Of a DNA stretch of 64,000 nt, positions 28,813 to 38,760 are shown one piece after another. Numbering within the stretch: position 1 is the first letter of the stretch; every line of letters starts with the position of its first letter. A program made the translations under genes and the position numbers. This DNA is from an uncultured Acidimicrobiia bacterium (lineage in GTDB: Bacteria > Actinomycetota > Acidimicrobiia > IMCC26256 > JAENVU01): positions 798,693 to 862,692 of the forward strand of contig CAWFYL010000007.1 in the NCBI GenBank assembly GCA_963820025.1, given 5' to 3'. Under the pieces are notes generated by a model. The model did not search any database. It was not told the origin of the DNA and was given only the letters and a program-made list of their open reading frames with translations.

Positions 28813-31167
28813 ATGCCCGAGCTCACGGATACCCAGGCGCTGCCGGTGCTCCCCCTCGCCACGGGGGTGGTGCTCCCGAACACCGTGGCCACGCTGACCC
28901 TCGAGACCGACGAGGCTCGAGCCGCGGTCGCCGCGGCCGGAGACGGTGGCCGTCTCCTGCTCGTTCCCCGCATCGACGGGCGCTACGCCCGGGTCGGGAC
29001 CGTCGCCGTGGTCGAGGAGTCGGGCGAGCTGCCCAACGGCCTCGCCGCCGCGATCATCCGCGGGCTGCACCGCGCCACCCTGGGCGCCGGTGTGGCCGGG
29101 ACCGGGGCCGCGCTCTGGGTCGAGGCCCACGACGTCGAGGAGCGCCCTGCGTCCGCGCGCGCCGAGGAGCTCGGGCGCGAGCTGCGGGCCGTCCTGTCGG
29201 TGCTCGCCGAGCGGCGGCGGTCGCGGCGGCTGCCCGAGCTGCTGCGTACGACGACCGAGCCGGGCGCGCTCGCGGACGGGTTCGGCGCATGGTCCGACAT
29301 GCCGACCGAGCGCAAGGTCGAGCTGCTCGAGGCCGTCGACACAGAGAGCCGCGTCGAGCGCGCGCTCGAGTCGGCGCGCGACGCCCTGGCCGAGCACGAG
29401 GTCGCCGAGAAGATCCGCCAGGAGGTCGGCGAGGGCATGGAGAAGCAGCAGCGGGAGTTCCTTCTGCGCCAACAGCTCCAGGCCATCCGCAAGGAGCTCG
29501 GCGAGGGCGCGGACGACGGCAACACGATCGAGGAGCTGCGGGAGAAGGCGGCCGAGGCCGACCTCCCGGAGTCGGTCGCGCTCGCCGTCACCAAGGAGAT
29601 CGACAAGCTGGAGCGCACGTCCGAGCAGAGCCCGGAGCACGGGTGGATCCGCACATGGCTCGACACGATCCTCGAGCTGCCGTGGGGCGTCCGCTCCGAG
29701 GAGCGACTCGACGTGGCCGAGGCCCGGCGCATCCTGGACGAGGATCACACCGGCCTGGGTGACGTGAAGGACCGCATCGTGGAGTACCTCGCCGTGCGCA
29801 AGCTGCGCGCGGACCGCGGCCTCGACGACGCGCACGAGTCGGCCCGGCGCGGGAGCGGCCTGATCCTGGCCCTGGTCGGCCCCCCGGGCGTGGGCAAGAC
29901 CTCGCTCGGCGAGTCGGTGGCGCGCGCGACCGGGCGCGAGTTCGTGCGCGTCGCGCTCGGAGGCGTGCGGGACGAGGCGGAGATCCGTGGGCACCGGCGC
30001 ACCTACGTCGGCGCGCTGCCCGGCCGCATCGCCCGCGCGTTCAAGGAGGCCGGGACGATGAACCCGGTGATCCTGTTGGACGAGGTCGACAAGCTCGGCG
30101 CGGACTGGCGGGGCGACCCGTCGAGCGCGCTGCTCGAGGTCCTCGACCCGGCGCAGAACCACACGTTCCGCGACCACTACCTGGACGTCGACCTCGACCT
30201 GTCGGGTGTCCTGTTCCTCGCGACCGCCAACGTCATGGACACGATCCCCGGACCGCTGCTCGACCGCCTGGAGCTGGTGCGGCTCGACGGCTACACCGAG
30301 GACGAGAAGGTCGTCATCGCCCGTGACCATCTGCTGGCGCGCCAGCGCGAGCGCAACGGTCTGGGCGAGGACGAGGTGACGGTGGACGACGGGGCGTTGC
30401 GCACGGTGGTCGCCGACTACACCCGCGAAGCGGGGGTGCGGAACCTCGAACGTGAGCTCGGCAAGCTGCTGCGGAAGACCGCGGCCAAGATCGCCAGCGG
30501 TGAGGTGACGCCTCCGGTCGCGGTCGGGGCCGACGACGTCCCGGCGCTGCTGGGCCGCCAGCGGTTCTTCGCCGAGGAGGTGCGTGAGCGCACGTCCGCG
30601 GCGGGCGTGGCGACCGGTCTCGCGGTCACCGGCACCGGTGGTGACGTGCTGTTCGTCGAGGCCACGAGCATCCCGGGTGAGCCCGGTCTGACCCTGACCG
30701 GTCAGCTCGGCGACGTCATGAAGGAGTCCGCGGAGATCGCGCTCAGCTACATCCGGGCGAACTCCGAGGCGCTCGACGTCGATGGCGAGGCGCTCGATCA
30801 CCGCCGCTTCCACGTGCACGTGCCCGCGGGGGCGGTGCCCAAGGACGGCCCCTCGGCCGGGGTCACGATGACCACGGCGCTCGTGTCGAGGCTCACCGGA
30901 CGTCCGGTGCGGGCCGACGTCGGGATGACCGGCGAGGTCACGCTCCAGGGTCGGGTGCTGCCGATCGGCGGGCTCAAGCAGAAGGTGCTCGCAGCCCAGC
31001 GCGCCGGTCTGACGACCGTCGTGCTGCCCGCCCGCAACGGTCCCGACCTCGAGGACGTGCCCGAGTCGGTGCGGGAGCAGATGACCTTCCACCTGGCCGA
31101 GGACGTCACGCAGGTCCTGGACTGGGCGCTGGAGCCGGCTCCGGCGATCCCGGTGATCGCCGCGTAG
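28813..31167 (+). CDS. lon: ATP-dependent Lon protease (LonA)
   Basis: Intact 784 aa. Walker [10 protein letters not shown], catalytic-site PKDGPSAG and an N-terminal LON substrate-binding domain. Confidence 0.97.
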   Translation: MPELTDTQALPVLPLATGVVLPNTVATLTLETDEARAAVAAAGDGGRLLLVPRIDGRYARVGTVAVVEESGELPNGLAAAIIRGLHRATLGAGVAGTGAALWVEAHDVEERPASARAEELGRELRAVLSVLAERRRSRRLPELLRTTTEPGALADGFGAWSDMPTERKVELLEAVDTESRVERALESARDALAEHEVAEKIRQEVGEGMEKQQREFLLRQQLQAIRKELGEGADDGNTIEELREKAAEADLPESVALAVTKEIDKLERTSEQSPEHGWIRTWLDTILELPWGVRSEERLDVAEARRILDEDHTGLGDVKDRIVEYLAVRKLRADRGLDDAHESARRGSGLILALVGPPGVGKTSLGESVARATGREFVRVALGGVRDEAEIRGHRRTYVGALPGRIARAFKEAGTMNPVILLDEVDKLGADWRGDPSSALLEVLDPAQNHTFRDHYLDVDLDLSGVLFLATANVMDTIPGPLLDRLELVRLDGYTEDEKVVIARDHLLARQRERNGLGEDEVTVDDGALRTVVADYTREAGVRNLERELGKLLRKTAAKIASGEVTPPVAVGADDVPALLGRQRFFAEEVRERTSAAGVATGLAVTGTGGDVLFVEATSIPGEPGLTLTGQLGDVMKESAEIALSYIRANSEALDVDGEALDHRRFHVHVPAGAVPKDGPSAGVTMTTALVSRLTGRPVRADVGMTGEVTLQGRVLPIGGLKQKVLAAQRAGLTTVVLPARNGPDLEDVPESVREQMTFHLAEDVTQVLDWALEPAPAIPVIAA

Positions 31168-31194
31168 GCACCACCGCGCTCCGATATCCCCCCG

Positions 31195-31234
31195 CAGCAT
31201 GCCCGTGACCCCTCATAGGGTCACGGGCATGCTG
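31195..31234 (+). terminator. 17-bp perfect stem-loop after lon that overlaps the ABC-F start codon
   Basis: CAGCATGCCCGTGACCC-ctcata-GGGTCACGGGCATGCTG. Each arm contains an ATG (31199 and 31229). No U-tract follows. Confidence 0.5.
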
Positions 31235-32827
31235 TCTGCCCGGGGGGTCACGGTCTCGCTCGACGGGCAGCTGGTCCTCAACGAGGTGTCGGTGTCGATC
31301 GCGGCCGGCGACCGGCTCGGCGTCGTCGGCCCGAACGGGATCGGGAAGACGACGTTGTTGCGCGCGCTCGCGGGGCAGGTCCCCCTCGACGCGGGCGCGG
31401 TGGAGCGCGCGCCGGCGTCGCTCACCGTCGGCCTCCTGCCCCAGGAGCCGGACGCGATCCCGGGCGAGACGCTGCGCGCCTACCTGGCCCGACGGACCGG
31501 CGTCGTCCGGGCGAGCGCCGAGCTCGACCGGCTCACCGCGCTCCTCGGGTCCGACCCGGACCTGGCCGAGGCGTACACCGACGCGCTCGAGCAGTTCCTC
31601 GCCCTCGGCGGTGACGATCTCGACGCCCGCATCGGTGCCGTCGGCGCGGACCTCGGTCTGACGCCGGATCGGCTCGACGTCGAGGTCGCGGCGCTCTCGG
31701 GCGGGCAGGCGGCCCGGGCCGCGCTCGCGGCGATCCTGCTCAGCCGGTTCGACGTGCTCCTCCTGGACGAGCCGACGAACAACCTCGACTTCGCCGGGCT
31801 CGACCGGCTCGAGCAGTTCGTGCACGACGCGCCGAGCGCGGTGGTGGTCGTCTCGCACGACCGCGCGTTCCTCGACGCCACGGTGGATCGCATGCTGGAG
31901 ATCCAGGAAGAGAGCCGGCGCGCGGTGGAGTACGCGGGCGCGTGGAGCGAGTACGTCGCGGCGCGGGACCTCGCCTGGAGCCAGCAGTACGCGCGCTACG
32001 ACGAGTTCCGGGCCAAGCAGTCCGTCCTGCTCGAGCGGGCGCGCACGCAGAAGGCGTGGTCGCAGCAGGGCGTCGGCAAGGTCAAGCGGGGCGGGGAGAA
32101 CGACAGGAGCATCCGGTTCCGCGAGCGCCAGCGCAGCGAGAAGCAGGCGTCGAAGGCGAAGATCACCGAGCGGGCCATCGAGCGCCTCGAGGTGGTGCAG
32201 AAGCCGTGGGAGGGCTGGGAGCTGCGGCTCCAGCTCGCTCCGTCGGCCCGCAGCGGTGACGTCGTGGTGCGCCTCGAGCAGGCCGTGGTCCGCCGCGGCT
32301 CGTTCGAGCTCGGGCCCGTCGACCTCGAGATCGGCTGGCAGGAGCGCATCGCGATCCTGGGCCCCAACGGCAGCGGCAAGACCACGCTGCTGCGCGCCCT
32401 GCTCGGTGAGATCCCGCTGGTCTCGGGTCGGCGCTGGATCGGGCCCGGTGTCCGGGTGGGGGAGATGGACCAGTCGCGCGCCTCCCTGCCCGCCGACGTC
32501 GCGCTGATCGACGCGTTCCGGTCCGAGACGGGCCTCGGCCGGTCCGAGGCGCGCTCGCTGCTCGCCAAGTTCGGCCTCACCGCGACCCACGTCGAGCGGG
32601 TCGGCGGCGAGCTGTCACCGGGCGAGCGGAGCCGCGCGATCCTCGCCGGGCTGATGGCGAGCGGCGTCAACTGCCTCGTGCTCGACGAGCCCACCAACCA
32701 CCTCGACCTCGAGGCGATCGAGCAGCTCGAGCTCGCGCTCGACCGCTACGACGGCACGCTCCTGCTCGTCAGCCACGACCGCCGGCTCCTCGAGACCGTG
32801 AGGATCACCCGAACCATCGAGGTGTAG
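31229..32827 (+). CDS. ABC-F family ATPase (two ABC domains, no TM domain)
   Basis: Two Walker A motifs (GPNGIGKTTLL, GPNGSGKTTLL) and two LSGGQ-type signatures (LSGGQAARA, LSPGERSRA), with a charged linker. ATG 31229 is preferred to 31199 on N-terminal spacing. Confidence 0.9.
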   Translation: MLSARGVTVSLDGQLVLNEVSVSIAAGDRLGVVGPNGIGKTTLLRALAGQVPLDAGAVERAPASLTVGLLPQEPDAIPGETLRAYLARRTGVVRASAELDRLTALLGSDPDLAEAYTDALEQFLALGGDDLDARIGAVGADLGLTPDRLDVEVAALSGGQAARAALAAILLSRFDVLLLDEPTNNLDFAGLDRLEQFVHDAPSAVVVVSHDRAFLDATVDRMLEIQEESRRAVEYAGAWSEYVAARDLAWSQQYARYDEFRAKQSVLLERARTQKAWSQQGVGKVKRGGENDRSIRFRERQRSEKQASKAKITERAIERLEVVQKPWEGWELRLQLAPSARSGDVVVRLEQAVVRRGSFELGPVDLEIGWQERIAILGPNGSGKTTLLRALLGEIPLVSGRRWIGPGVRVGEMDQSRASLPADVALIDAFRSETGLGRSEARSLLAKFGLTATHVERVGGELSPGERSRAILAGLMASGVNCLVLDEPTNHLDLEAIEQLELALDRYDGTLLLVSHDRRLLETVRITRTIEV

Positions 32828-32840
32828 CGCCATAAACCGC

Positions 32841-32889
32841 GCTTCGGCGTCGTGTACCCACCACCGAAGGGGGTAGCTGACGCCAAAGC
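32841..32889 (+). repeat. repeat family C hairpin, copy 1
   Basis: GCTTCGGCGTC...GACGCCAAAGC: 11-bp stem with one C.A mismatch, starting 14 nt after the ABC-F stop. Homologous to 56341-56389. Confidence 0.6.
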
Positions 32890-32898
32890 AGAGAACCG

Positions 32899-33024
32899 CC
32901 GGAGGCCGCCAGTCGATCGCGGTCCGGCGATCGGCCTCCGGAGATCTTGGGAAGAAGGGCCGCCGGAGGCGCGCCAGTTGGTTGCGGTCCGGTGGTCGCG
33001 CTCCGGGGAACCTCAGGAAGGAGG
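32899..33024 (+). repeat. repeat family B, locus 2: one good plus one degenerate unit
   Basis: CCGGAGGCC (32899), GGCCTCCGG (32933), AGATCTTGGGAAG (32942), CCGGAGGC (32963). The second unit is degenerate (GCTCCGGGGAACCTCAGGAAGG). Confidence 0.8.
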
Positions 33025-34068
33025 TGTGTCGCCGTTCTGGGTGATGGCGGCGGGGGTGGGGAGCTTCTCGCCGATCTCGAGCGGGAAGTGGCAGGCCACG
33101 AAGTGGTCGGGCCGCACCGCACGGATCTCGGGCTCCTGCTGCGCGCACACGTCCCGGGCCTTGGGGCAGCGGGTGCGGAAGCGGCAGCCGCTCGGCGGCG
33201 CGACGGGCGACGGGATCTCGCCCCGCACCCCGGCGCGGTCGGCCGGCTTGATCGACGGGTCCGGGATCGGGATCGCCGAGAGCAGCGCCGCGGTGTAGGG
33301 GTGCGCGGGTGCCTCGTACAGCTCGTCGGGGCCGGACACCTCGCAGATCTTGCCGAGGTACATGACCGCGACCCGGTCGCTCACGTTCTTGACCACCGCG
33401 AGGTCGTGCGCGATGAAGATCAGCGTGAGCCCGTAGCGGGCCTTCATGTCCTGGAGCAGGTTCAGGATCTGCGCCTGCACCGACACGTCGAGCGCGGACA
33501 CGGGTTCGTCGCAGATGATGAGCTTCGGGTCCGTCGCGACCGCGCGCGCGATCGAGATGCGCTGGCACTGGCCGCCGGAGAATTCATGGGGTCGCTTCGG
33601 TCCCGCGGTGTCCGGGTCGATGCCGACGGTCTCGAGCACCTCGCGGACCTTCGCCTCGCGGGTCGCGTCGTCGCCGATCTTCCAGATGTCGAGGCCCTCG
33701 CTCACGATCTTGCGGATCTTGCGGCGCGGGTTCAGCGACGAGATCGGGTCCTGGAAGATCATCTGCAGCTTCGGCCGGGTCTGGCGCAGCGCCTCGCCGT
33801 GCAGCGCGGTGAGGTCCTTGCCGTCGAACTGCACCTGGCCGCTCGTCGGGTGCACGAGCTGCATGACCGCGCGGCCCGTCGTGCTCTTGCCGCAGCCGGA
33901 CTCGCCGACGAGACCGAGGGTCTCGCCGTCCTTGACGTCGAGGCTGACCTTCGAGACCGCGTTGACCTTCAGTCCCGCGCGACCGATGGGGAACTCGACG
34001 ACGAGGTCCTCGATCCGCAGCAGGGTCTCGTCGGCCGGGCGCAGGTGGGCGGTGCCGCTGCCGGCCAC
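33013..34068 (-). CDS. peptide (Opp/Dpp-type) ABC transporter ATP-binding protein, OppF/DppF-like
   Basis: GESGCGKST, LSGGQCQRISIARA and a C-terminal oligopeptide_C extension (PSGCRFRTRCP). Confidence 0.9.
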   Translation of the reverse strand: MAGSGTAHLRPADETLLRIEDLVVEFPIGRAGLKVNAVSKVSLDVKDGETLGLVGESGCGKSTTGRAVMQLVHPTSGQVQFDGKDLTALHGEALRQTRPKLQMIFQDPISSLNPRRKIRKIVSEGLDIWKIGDDATREAKVREVLETVGIDPDTAGPKRPHEFSGGQCQRISIARAVATDPKLIICDEPVSALDVSVQAQILNLLQDMKARYGLTLIFIAHDLAVVKNVSDRVAVMYLGKICEVSGPDELYEAPAHPYTAALLSAIPIPDPSIKPADRAGVRGEIPSPVAPPSGCRFRTRCPKARDVCAQQEPEIRAVRPDHFVACHFPLEIGEKLPTPAAITQNGDTPPS

Positions 34069-34069
34069 G

Positions 34070-35182
34070 TCACACGCTCCCGATCATCGCCATGGCCGAC
34101 GTGACGCCGGCCTGCTGGTTGGCCGCGAGCGCGGCCCGGTTCTCGGGGGTGCCGACCGGGATCCAGCACCGGTACTCGTGCCCCGGCGTCTCGGCGTCGA
34201 GCAACGGAGGCTCCTCCTCGACGCAGCGCGCCTGGACGTAGGGGCAGCGGGGCGCGAACTTGCACCCCGGGGGCGGAGCGACGATGTCGGGCGGGCGGCC
34301 GGTGATGGTGGCGAGGCGGGAGTGGCTCGGCGCGGTCAGCTTCGGGATCGATCGCAGCAGCGCCTCGGTGTACGGGTGGCGGGTCTGGGTGAAGAGCGTG
34401 CGCGTCGGTGCCTTCTCGACCACCCGGCCCGCGTACATCACCGCGATGTCGTCGGTGCGACCGGCCACGACGCCGAGGTCGTGGGTGACGAGGATCATCG
34501 CCATGAACCGCTCGCGCTGCTGCTCCTGGAGGAGGTCCAGGATCTGCGCCTGCACGGTGACGTCGAGCGCGGTGGTGGGCTCGTCGGCGAAGAGGAGCTT
34601 GGGTCCGCACGCGATCGCCAGCGCGATCATCACCCGCTGGCGCATGCCGCCGGACAGCTGGTGGGGGTACTCGTTCAAGCGCTGCTCGGCCTCCGGGATC
34701 CCGACCGACTGCAGCAGCGCGAGCGCCAGCTCGTTGGCGTAGCTCTTCGACACGTCGAGATGGAACAGCAGGCTCTCGGTGATCTGCTTGCCGATCTTCA
34801 TGACCGGGTTGAGCGAGGTCATCGGGTCCTGGAACACCATCGCCATCTGGGAGCCCCACAGGTGGCGGAGCTCCTCGCTCGACGCGGTCACGAGCTCGTG
34901 TCCCTCGAACAGGATGCTCCCGGTGCGCTCGACGTTGTGCTTCGGGAGCAGGCCCATGATCGAGCGCGACAGAACGGTCTTGCCCGACCCGGACTCGCCG
35001 ACGACGCCCAGGGTCTTGCCCCGCTCGAGCGAGAGCGAGACGCCGTCCACCGCGCGTGCGCTCCCCCGCGGGGTCGAGAAGTGCGTGTGCAGGTCGGTGA
35101 CGTCGAGGAGCGGCCCGTCGAGCGGGGCGGGCTCGAAGCGGGTGGCCGGCGCGTCCTTCCTCCGGGAGCGGCGAGGGCTCAC
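34070..35182 (-). CDS. peptide ABC transporter ATP-binding protein, OppD/DppD-like
   Basis: GESGSGKTV, LSGGMRQRVMIALA and PPGCKFAPRCP. Confidence 0.9.
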   Translation of the reverse strand: MSPRRSRRKDAPATRFEPAPLDGPLLDVTDLHTHFSTPRGSARAVDGVSLSLERGKTLGVVGESGSGKTVLSRSIMGLLPKHNVERTGSILFEGHELVTASSEELRHLWGSQMAMVFQDPMTSLNPVMKIGKQITESLLFHLDVSKSYANELALALLQSVGIPEAEQRLNEYPHQLSGGMRQRVMIALAIACGPKLLFADEPTTALDVTVQAQILDLLQEQQRERFMAMILVTHDLGVVAGRTDDIAVMYAGRVVEKAPTRTLFTQTRHPYTEALLRSIPKLTAPSHSRLATITGRPPDIVAPPPGCKFAPRCPYVQARCVEEEPPLLDAETPGHEYRCWIPVGTPENRAALAANQQAGVTSAMAMIGSV

Positions 35183-36126
35183 AGGGCGCTCTCGCGGACG
35201 TCGAAGCGGGCCCGGACCACGTCGCCGAGGTAGTTCAGCGAGAGGACCACGCCGAAGATCACGAACGACGGCGCGAGCACGATCTGCGGCGCGTCGCGCA
35301 GGTCGGTGCGGCCGGCGCTGATGATGTTCCCCCAGGTGACGACCTCCGGCTTCACGCCGGCACCCAGGATGGCGAGCCCGGCCTCGGCGACGATCACGAC
35401 CGCGATGCCGAGCAGCGCGATCGAGAACATGGCCGGGAGGATGTTCGGCAGCACCTCACGGATCATCACGCGGCCGTGCTTCGCGCCCTGGGCGCGCGCG
35501 GCCAGCACGAACTCGCGCTCGGACCAGCTGAGCGTGGAGGCGCGCGCGATCCGGGCGAGGACCGGCACCGACACGATCGCCAGCGCGAGCGTGACGTAGA
35601 ACAGCGTGCGGTCCAGGTTCGTGGTGATGGCCAGGGCGAGGACCAGGGGAGGGAAGGCGAGCAGCACGTCGGTCACCGAGCCGAGCGCGGTGCCGATCCG
35701 GCCCCGGAAGTATCCGGACAGCAGGCCGAAGATCCCGCCGATGATGAAGCCGATCACGATCGCGAAGACGCCGATCGCCATCGAGTTGCGGCCGCCCCAG
35801 ACGACCCGGGCGAGCACGTCGCGCCCGTTCGCGTCCACCCCGAAGAGGTGGTCGAGCGAGGGCCCGGCGCGGTTGAGGCCCGGGAACACGTCGTTGTTCG
35901 GGTCGGGGATCGGCAGGATCGGGGCGAGGATCGCCGATCCGATCACCAGCGCGAGGAACGCGATCGCGACCCACGCACCGATGCCGAGGTGCTTGCCCTT
36001 CCCGGCGTGCGTCGGGCCGGCTTCGATCGCGGAGAACCCGATCTGCTGCGGAGCGAGGGGGACGCCGGATCCGTGCTCGTCGGCGACGAGCTCCTCGGCG
36101 AACGGCTTAGGCGAGTGCTCGGGCAT
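35179..36126 (-). CDS. peptide ABC transporter permease (DppC/OppC-like)
   Basis: BPD_transp_1-type permease with an EAA-like region (SWSEREFVLAARAQGA). 4-nt overlap with the downstream ATPase gene. Confidence 0.9.
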   Translation of the reverse strand: MPEHSPKPFAEELVADEHGSGVPLAPQQIGFSAIEAGPTHAGKGKHLGIGAWVAIAFLALVIGSAILAPILPIPDPNNDVFPGLNRAGPSLDHLFGVDANGRDVLARVVWGGRNSMAIGVFAIVIGFIIGGIFGLLSGYFRGRIGTALGSVTDVLLAFPPLVLALAITTNLDRTLFYVTLALAIVSVPVLARIARASTLSWSEREFVLAARAQGAKHGRVMIREVLPNILPAMFSIALLGIAVVIVAEAGLAILGAGVKPEVVTWGNIISAGRTDLRDAPQIVLAPSFVIFGVVLSLNYLGDVVRARFDVRESAL

Positions 36127-37072
36127 GCCGGATCCGGGGGTCGAGGACGGAGTACAGGACGTCGACGAGGAAATTGAAGATCACGTAGATGATGGCGATG
36201 ATCGCCACGAACGAGAGCTCGGCCGGGTACTGCTGGGCCAGGATCGCGCGGTAGAGCGCGTCGCCCATGCCCGGGAGCCCGAAGATCGCTTCGATCACGA
36301 TCGCGCCACCGATGAGCGCACCGACGTTGAGGCCGGCCACGGTGAGCAGCGTCAGGCTCGACGGGCGCAGCGCGTGGGAGAAGAGGACGCGGTTCGGCTT
36401 GATGCCCTTGGCCTTCGCGGTGGTGATGAAGTCCTCCTGCAGGGTCTGGATCATGTCCGAGCGCAGGAGGCGCATGTACACGGCGATCTGGCCGGCGGCG
36501 AGCGCGACCGTCGGCATCAGCATCAGCTGCCAGTTGTCGATCGGGTTGAGCGGGAAGCTCCCCGTCACGGTGCTCTGCGTGGGTAACAGGTCCCATTTCG
36601 CGCCCACATAGATCTGCAACAGCAGTGCGAGCACGAAGGTCGGCAGGGCGAGGAGGGCGAACATGACCGTGTTGGTGATCCCGTCGAAGCGCGAGCCCGC
36701 CTTGTACGCGGTGTACACGCCGAGGGGGATCGCGATGACGAGCGACAGGAGCTGGGCGTAGATCATCAGCTCGAGGCTGACTGGCAGCCGGTCGTTCACG
36801 ACCTCGCGCACGGAGGTGCCGGAGTCGTAGAGCGTGCCGAAGTCACCGGTCGTGAAGTTGCCGAGCCAGGTCGTGTACTGGGTGAAGAAGCCGTCGTTGA
36901 GGCCGAGGTCCTCGGTGATCCGCGCCCGCTCGGCGGGCGGGGCGAACGGCTTCACCTTGGACACGGGGTCGCCGGGGGCGAGCTTGGTGAGCCAGAAGGT
37001 GAGGAACGTGACGACGATGACGACGACGATGAGCCGGAGCAGCTTGATGAAGGCGGAGCGAAGCCCGTTCAC
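36107..37072 (-). CDS. peptide ABC transporter permease (DppB/OppB-like)
   Basis: Typical DppB N-terminus (FLTFWLTKLAPGDPV) and LQEDFITTAKAKG. Confidence 0.9.
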   Translation of the reverse strand: MNGLRSAFIKLLRLIVVVIVVTFLTFWLTKLAPGDPVSKVKPFAPPAERARITEDLGLNDGFFTQYTTWLGNFTTGDFGTLYDSGTSVREVVNDRLPVSLELMIYAQLLSLVIAIPLGVYTAYKAGSRFDGITNTVMFALLALPTFVLALLLQIYVGAKWDLLPTQSTVTGSFPLNPIDNWQLMLMPTVALAAGQIAVYMRLLRSDMIQTLQEDFITTAKAKGIKPNRVLFSHALRPSSLTLLTVAGLNVGALIGGAIVIEAIFGLPGMGDALYRAILAQQYPAELSFVAIIAIIYVIFNFLVDVLYSVLDPRIRHARALA

Positions 37073-37113
37073 CTCACTGCACCGGCTCGCCGTCTGGAGT
37101 CATCGACCCCCCG

Positions 37114-38760
37114 TCACTTCTGCACCCAGAGACCGAGGAGCTGGTGGTAGCCCGCCAGTACGTCGACCGGCTTCTGCGACCCGGGCTGGCCGTTGGCGTT
37201 CGGCAGGTTGGGTCCGAGGATGCCCTTCACAGTGCTCTTCGACGCGATGTACCAGTTCTCGTACCAGGTCCAGATGTTGTACACCTGGCTCGAGAGCCGC
37301 TTGTTGAAGTCCGTGTAGTAGCCCTTGCGCAGGCTCTCGTCCGGCGTGGCCCGGCCTTTGTCGAGGTCGGAGTCGACCTGCGGGTCGTTGATGTGGTTGA
37401 AGTTCACCGTCGACTTGCTGTGGAACCACACGTACATGGTGTCGGGGTCGGCACCCGGGTAGTTGCGCCACAGGAACGAGTCGACCTGGCTGCCGATCGC
37501 CTGGTTGATGATCGTGGCCTGGTCCACCGGCGCGGGGAGCGTCACGGTGATGCCGATCTTGGCCATCTGGCGCTTGGTCTCCTGGGCGAGCGCCTTGGTC
37601 TGCTCGTCGAAGGTGGACTGCAGGCCGAACGTCGGGGCCTTGCCACCGTGGCTCTGCTTGTAGGCGTCCACCAGCTTCTTGGCGTCGGTCGGGTTGTACT
37701 TCGGGAACCCGGGGTCCTTCACGTAGCCCATGACGTCGCGGTCGAACACGCTGTCGCTCAGCTGGAAGTTGCCCTTGTTGGCGATCTGGTTGAGCGCGTT
37801 GCGGTCGGTGCCCTCGGCGATCGCCTTGCGGATGTTGAGGTCGTCGAGCGGCGGGCGGGTCACGTTCAGCAGCGCCTGGCCGATCTCGCGGCGGCCCGGG
37901 GGCTCGAGCAGGGTGCTGAAGCTGCTCCCGAAGCCCTTGACGGTGTCGTAGTTGACGCCGTTGTCGTCGTGGATGATGTCGAACTGGCCACCCTGGAGGC
38001 CGTTCACGCGCTGGTCGCCCGACTCCTGGATCTTGAAGTTGAGACCGTCGAGGTACGGGTAGCCCGTGCGCCAGTAGTCGGGGTTCTTCTTCGTGGTGAC
38101 ATCACCCGTCGACGCGTCGAACTTCGTCACGGTGAACGGACCGGTGCCGATCATGTGGGTGCTGCACTCGGAGGACGACCCGTTGAGCTGTGCCGGCGCC
38201 GCAATGCCGACGCGGCCGGTCGACCAGAGGTACGCCGGGAACGCGACCCAGGGCGTCTTCATCGCGACGACGACGGTCATGTCGTCGGGGGTGGTGACCT
38301 CCGAGACGTTGTCGTAGACGAACTGCAGGAGGGTGCCCTTGCGCCAGGCGTCGATGTTCTGCTTGACCGCCGCGGCGTTGAGCGGCTCGCCGTCCTGGAA
38401 CTTGATGCCGGACCGCAGGCCGATCGTCCACTGGGTGTAGTCGGCGTTGTGCGCGACGCTCTTGGCCAGATACGGGGCGTAGACGTTCGGGTCCTGGGTC
38501 GGCACCGTCAGCGTGTCGTACACCGCGGTCACGACCATGATCCCGGAGATCGCCAGCTGCGCCGAGGGGATGCAGAAGTCCGTCGTCTTCCCCTCGAGGC
38601 CGTAGGTGAGGGTCCCGCCCGGGGTCGGCTTGCCCTCGTCGGCCGATCCACCACCGCCACCGCCGCCGCCGGACGAGCCACCGCCCCCGCACGCGGCGGC
38701 GACGATCGCGAGTGAGGAGAGGAGAGCCAGGAACGTGAGCGTCCGTCGACGCGGTCGCAT
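37114..38760 (-). CDS. peptide ABC transporter substrate-binding lipoprotein (SBP family 5)
   Basis: ATG 38760 within run-through ORF 37114..40260. Lipobox LAIVAAACGGG followed by a Gly/Ser linker; 548 aa. Confidence 0.9.
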   Translation of the reverse strand: MRPRRRTLTFLALLSSLAIVAAACGGGGSSGGGGGGGGSADEGKPTPGGTLTYGLEGKTTDFCIPSAQLAISGIMVVTAVYDTLTVPTQDPNVYAPYLAKSVAHNADYTQWTIGLRSGIKFQDGEPLNAAAVKQNIDAWRKGTLLQFVYDNVSEVTTPDDMTVVVAMKTPWVAFPAYLWSTGRVGIAAPAQLNGSSSECSTHMIGTGPFTVTKFDASTGDVTTKKNPDYWRTGYPYLDGLNFKIQESGDQRVNGLQGGQFDIIHDDNGVNYDTVKGFGSSFSTLLEPPGRREIGQALLNVTRPPLDDLNIRKAIAEGTDRNALNQIANKGNFQLSDSVFDRDVMGYVKDPGFPKYNPTDAKKLVDAYKQSHGGKAPTFGLQSTFDEQTKALAQETKRQMAKIGITVTLPAPVDQATIINQAIGSQVDSFLWRNYPGADPDTMYVWFHSKSTVNFNHINDPQVDSDLDKGRATPDESLRKGYYTDFNKRLSSQVYNIWTWYENWYIASKSTVKGILGPNLPNANGQPGSQKPVDVLAGYHQLLGLWVQK

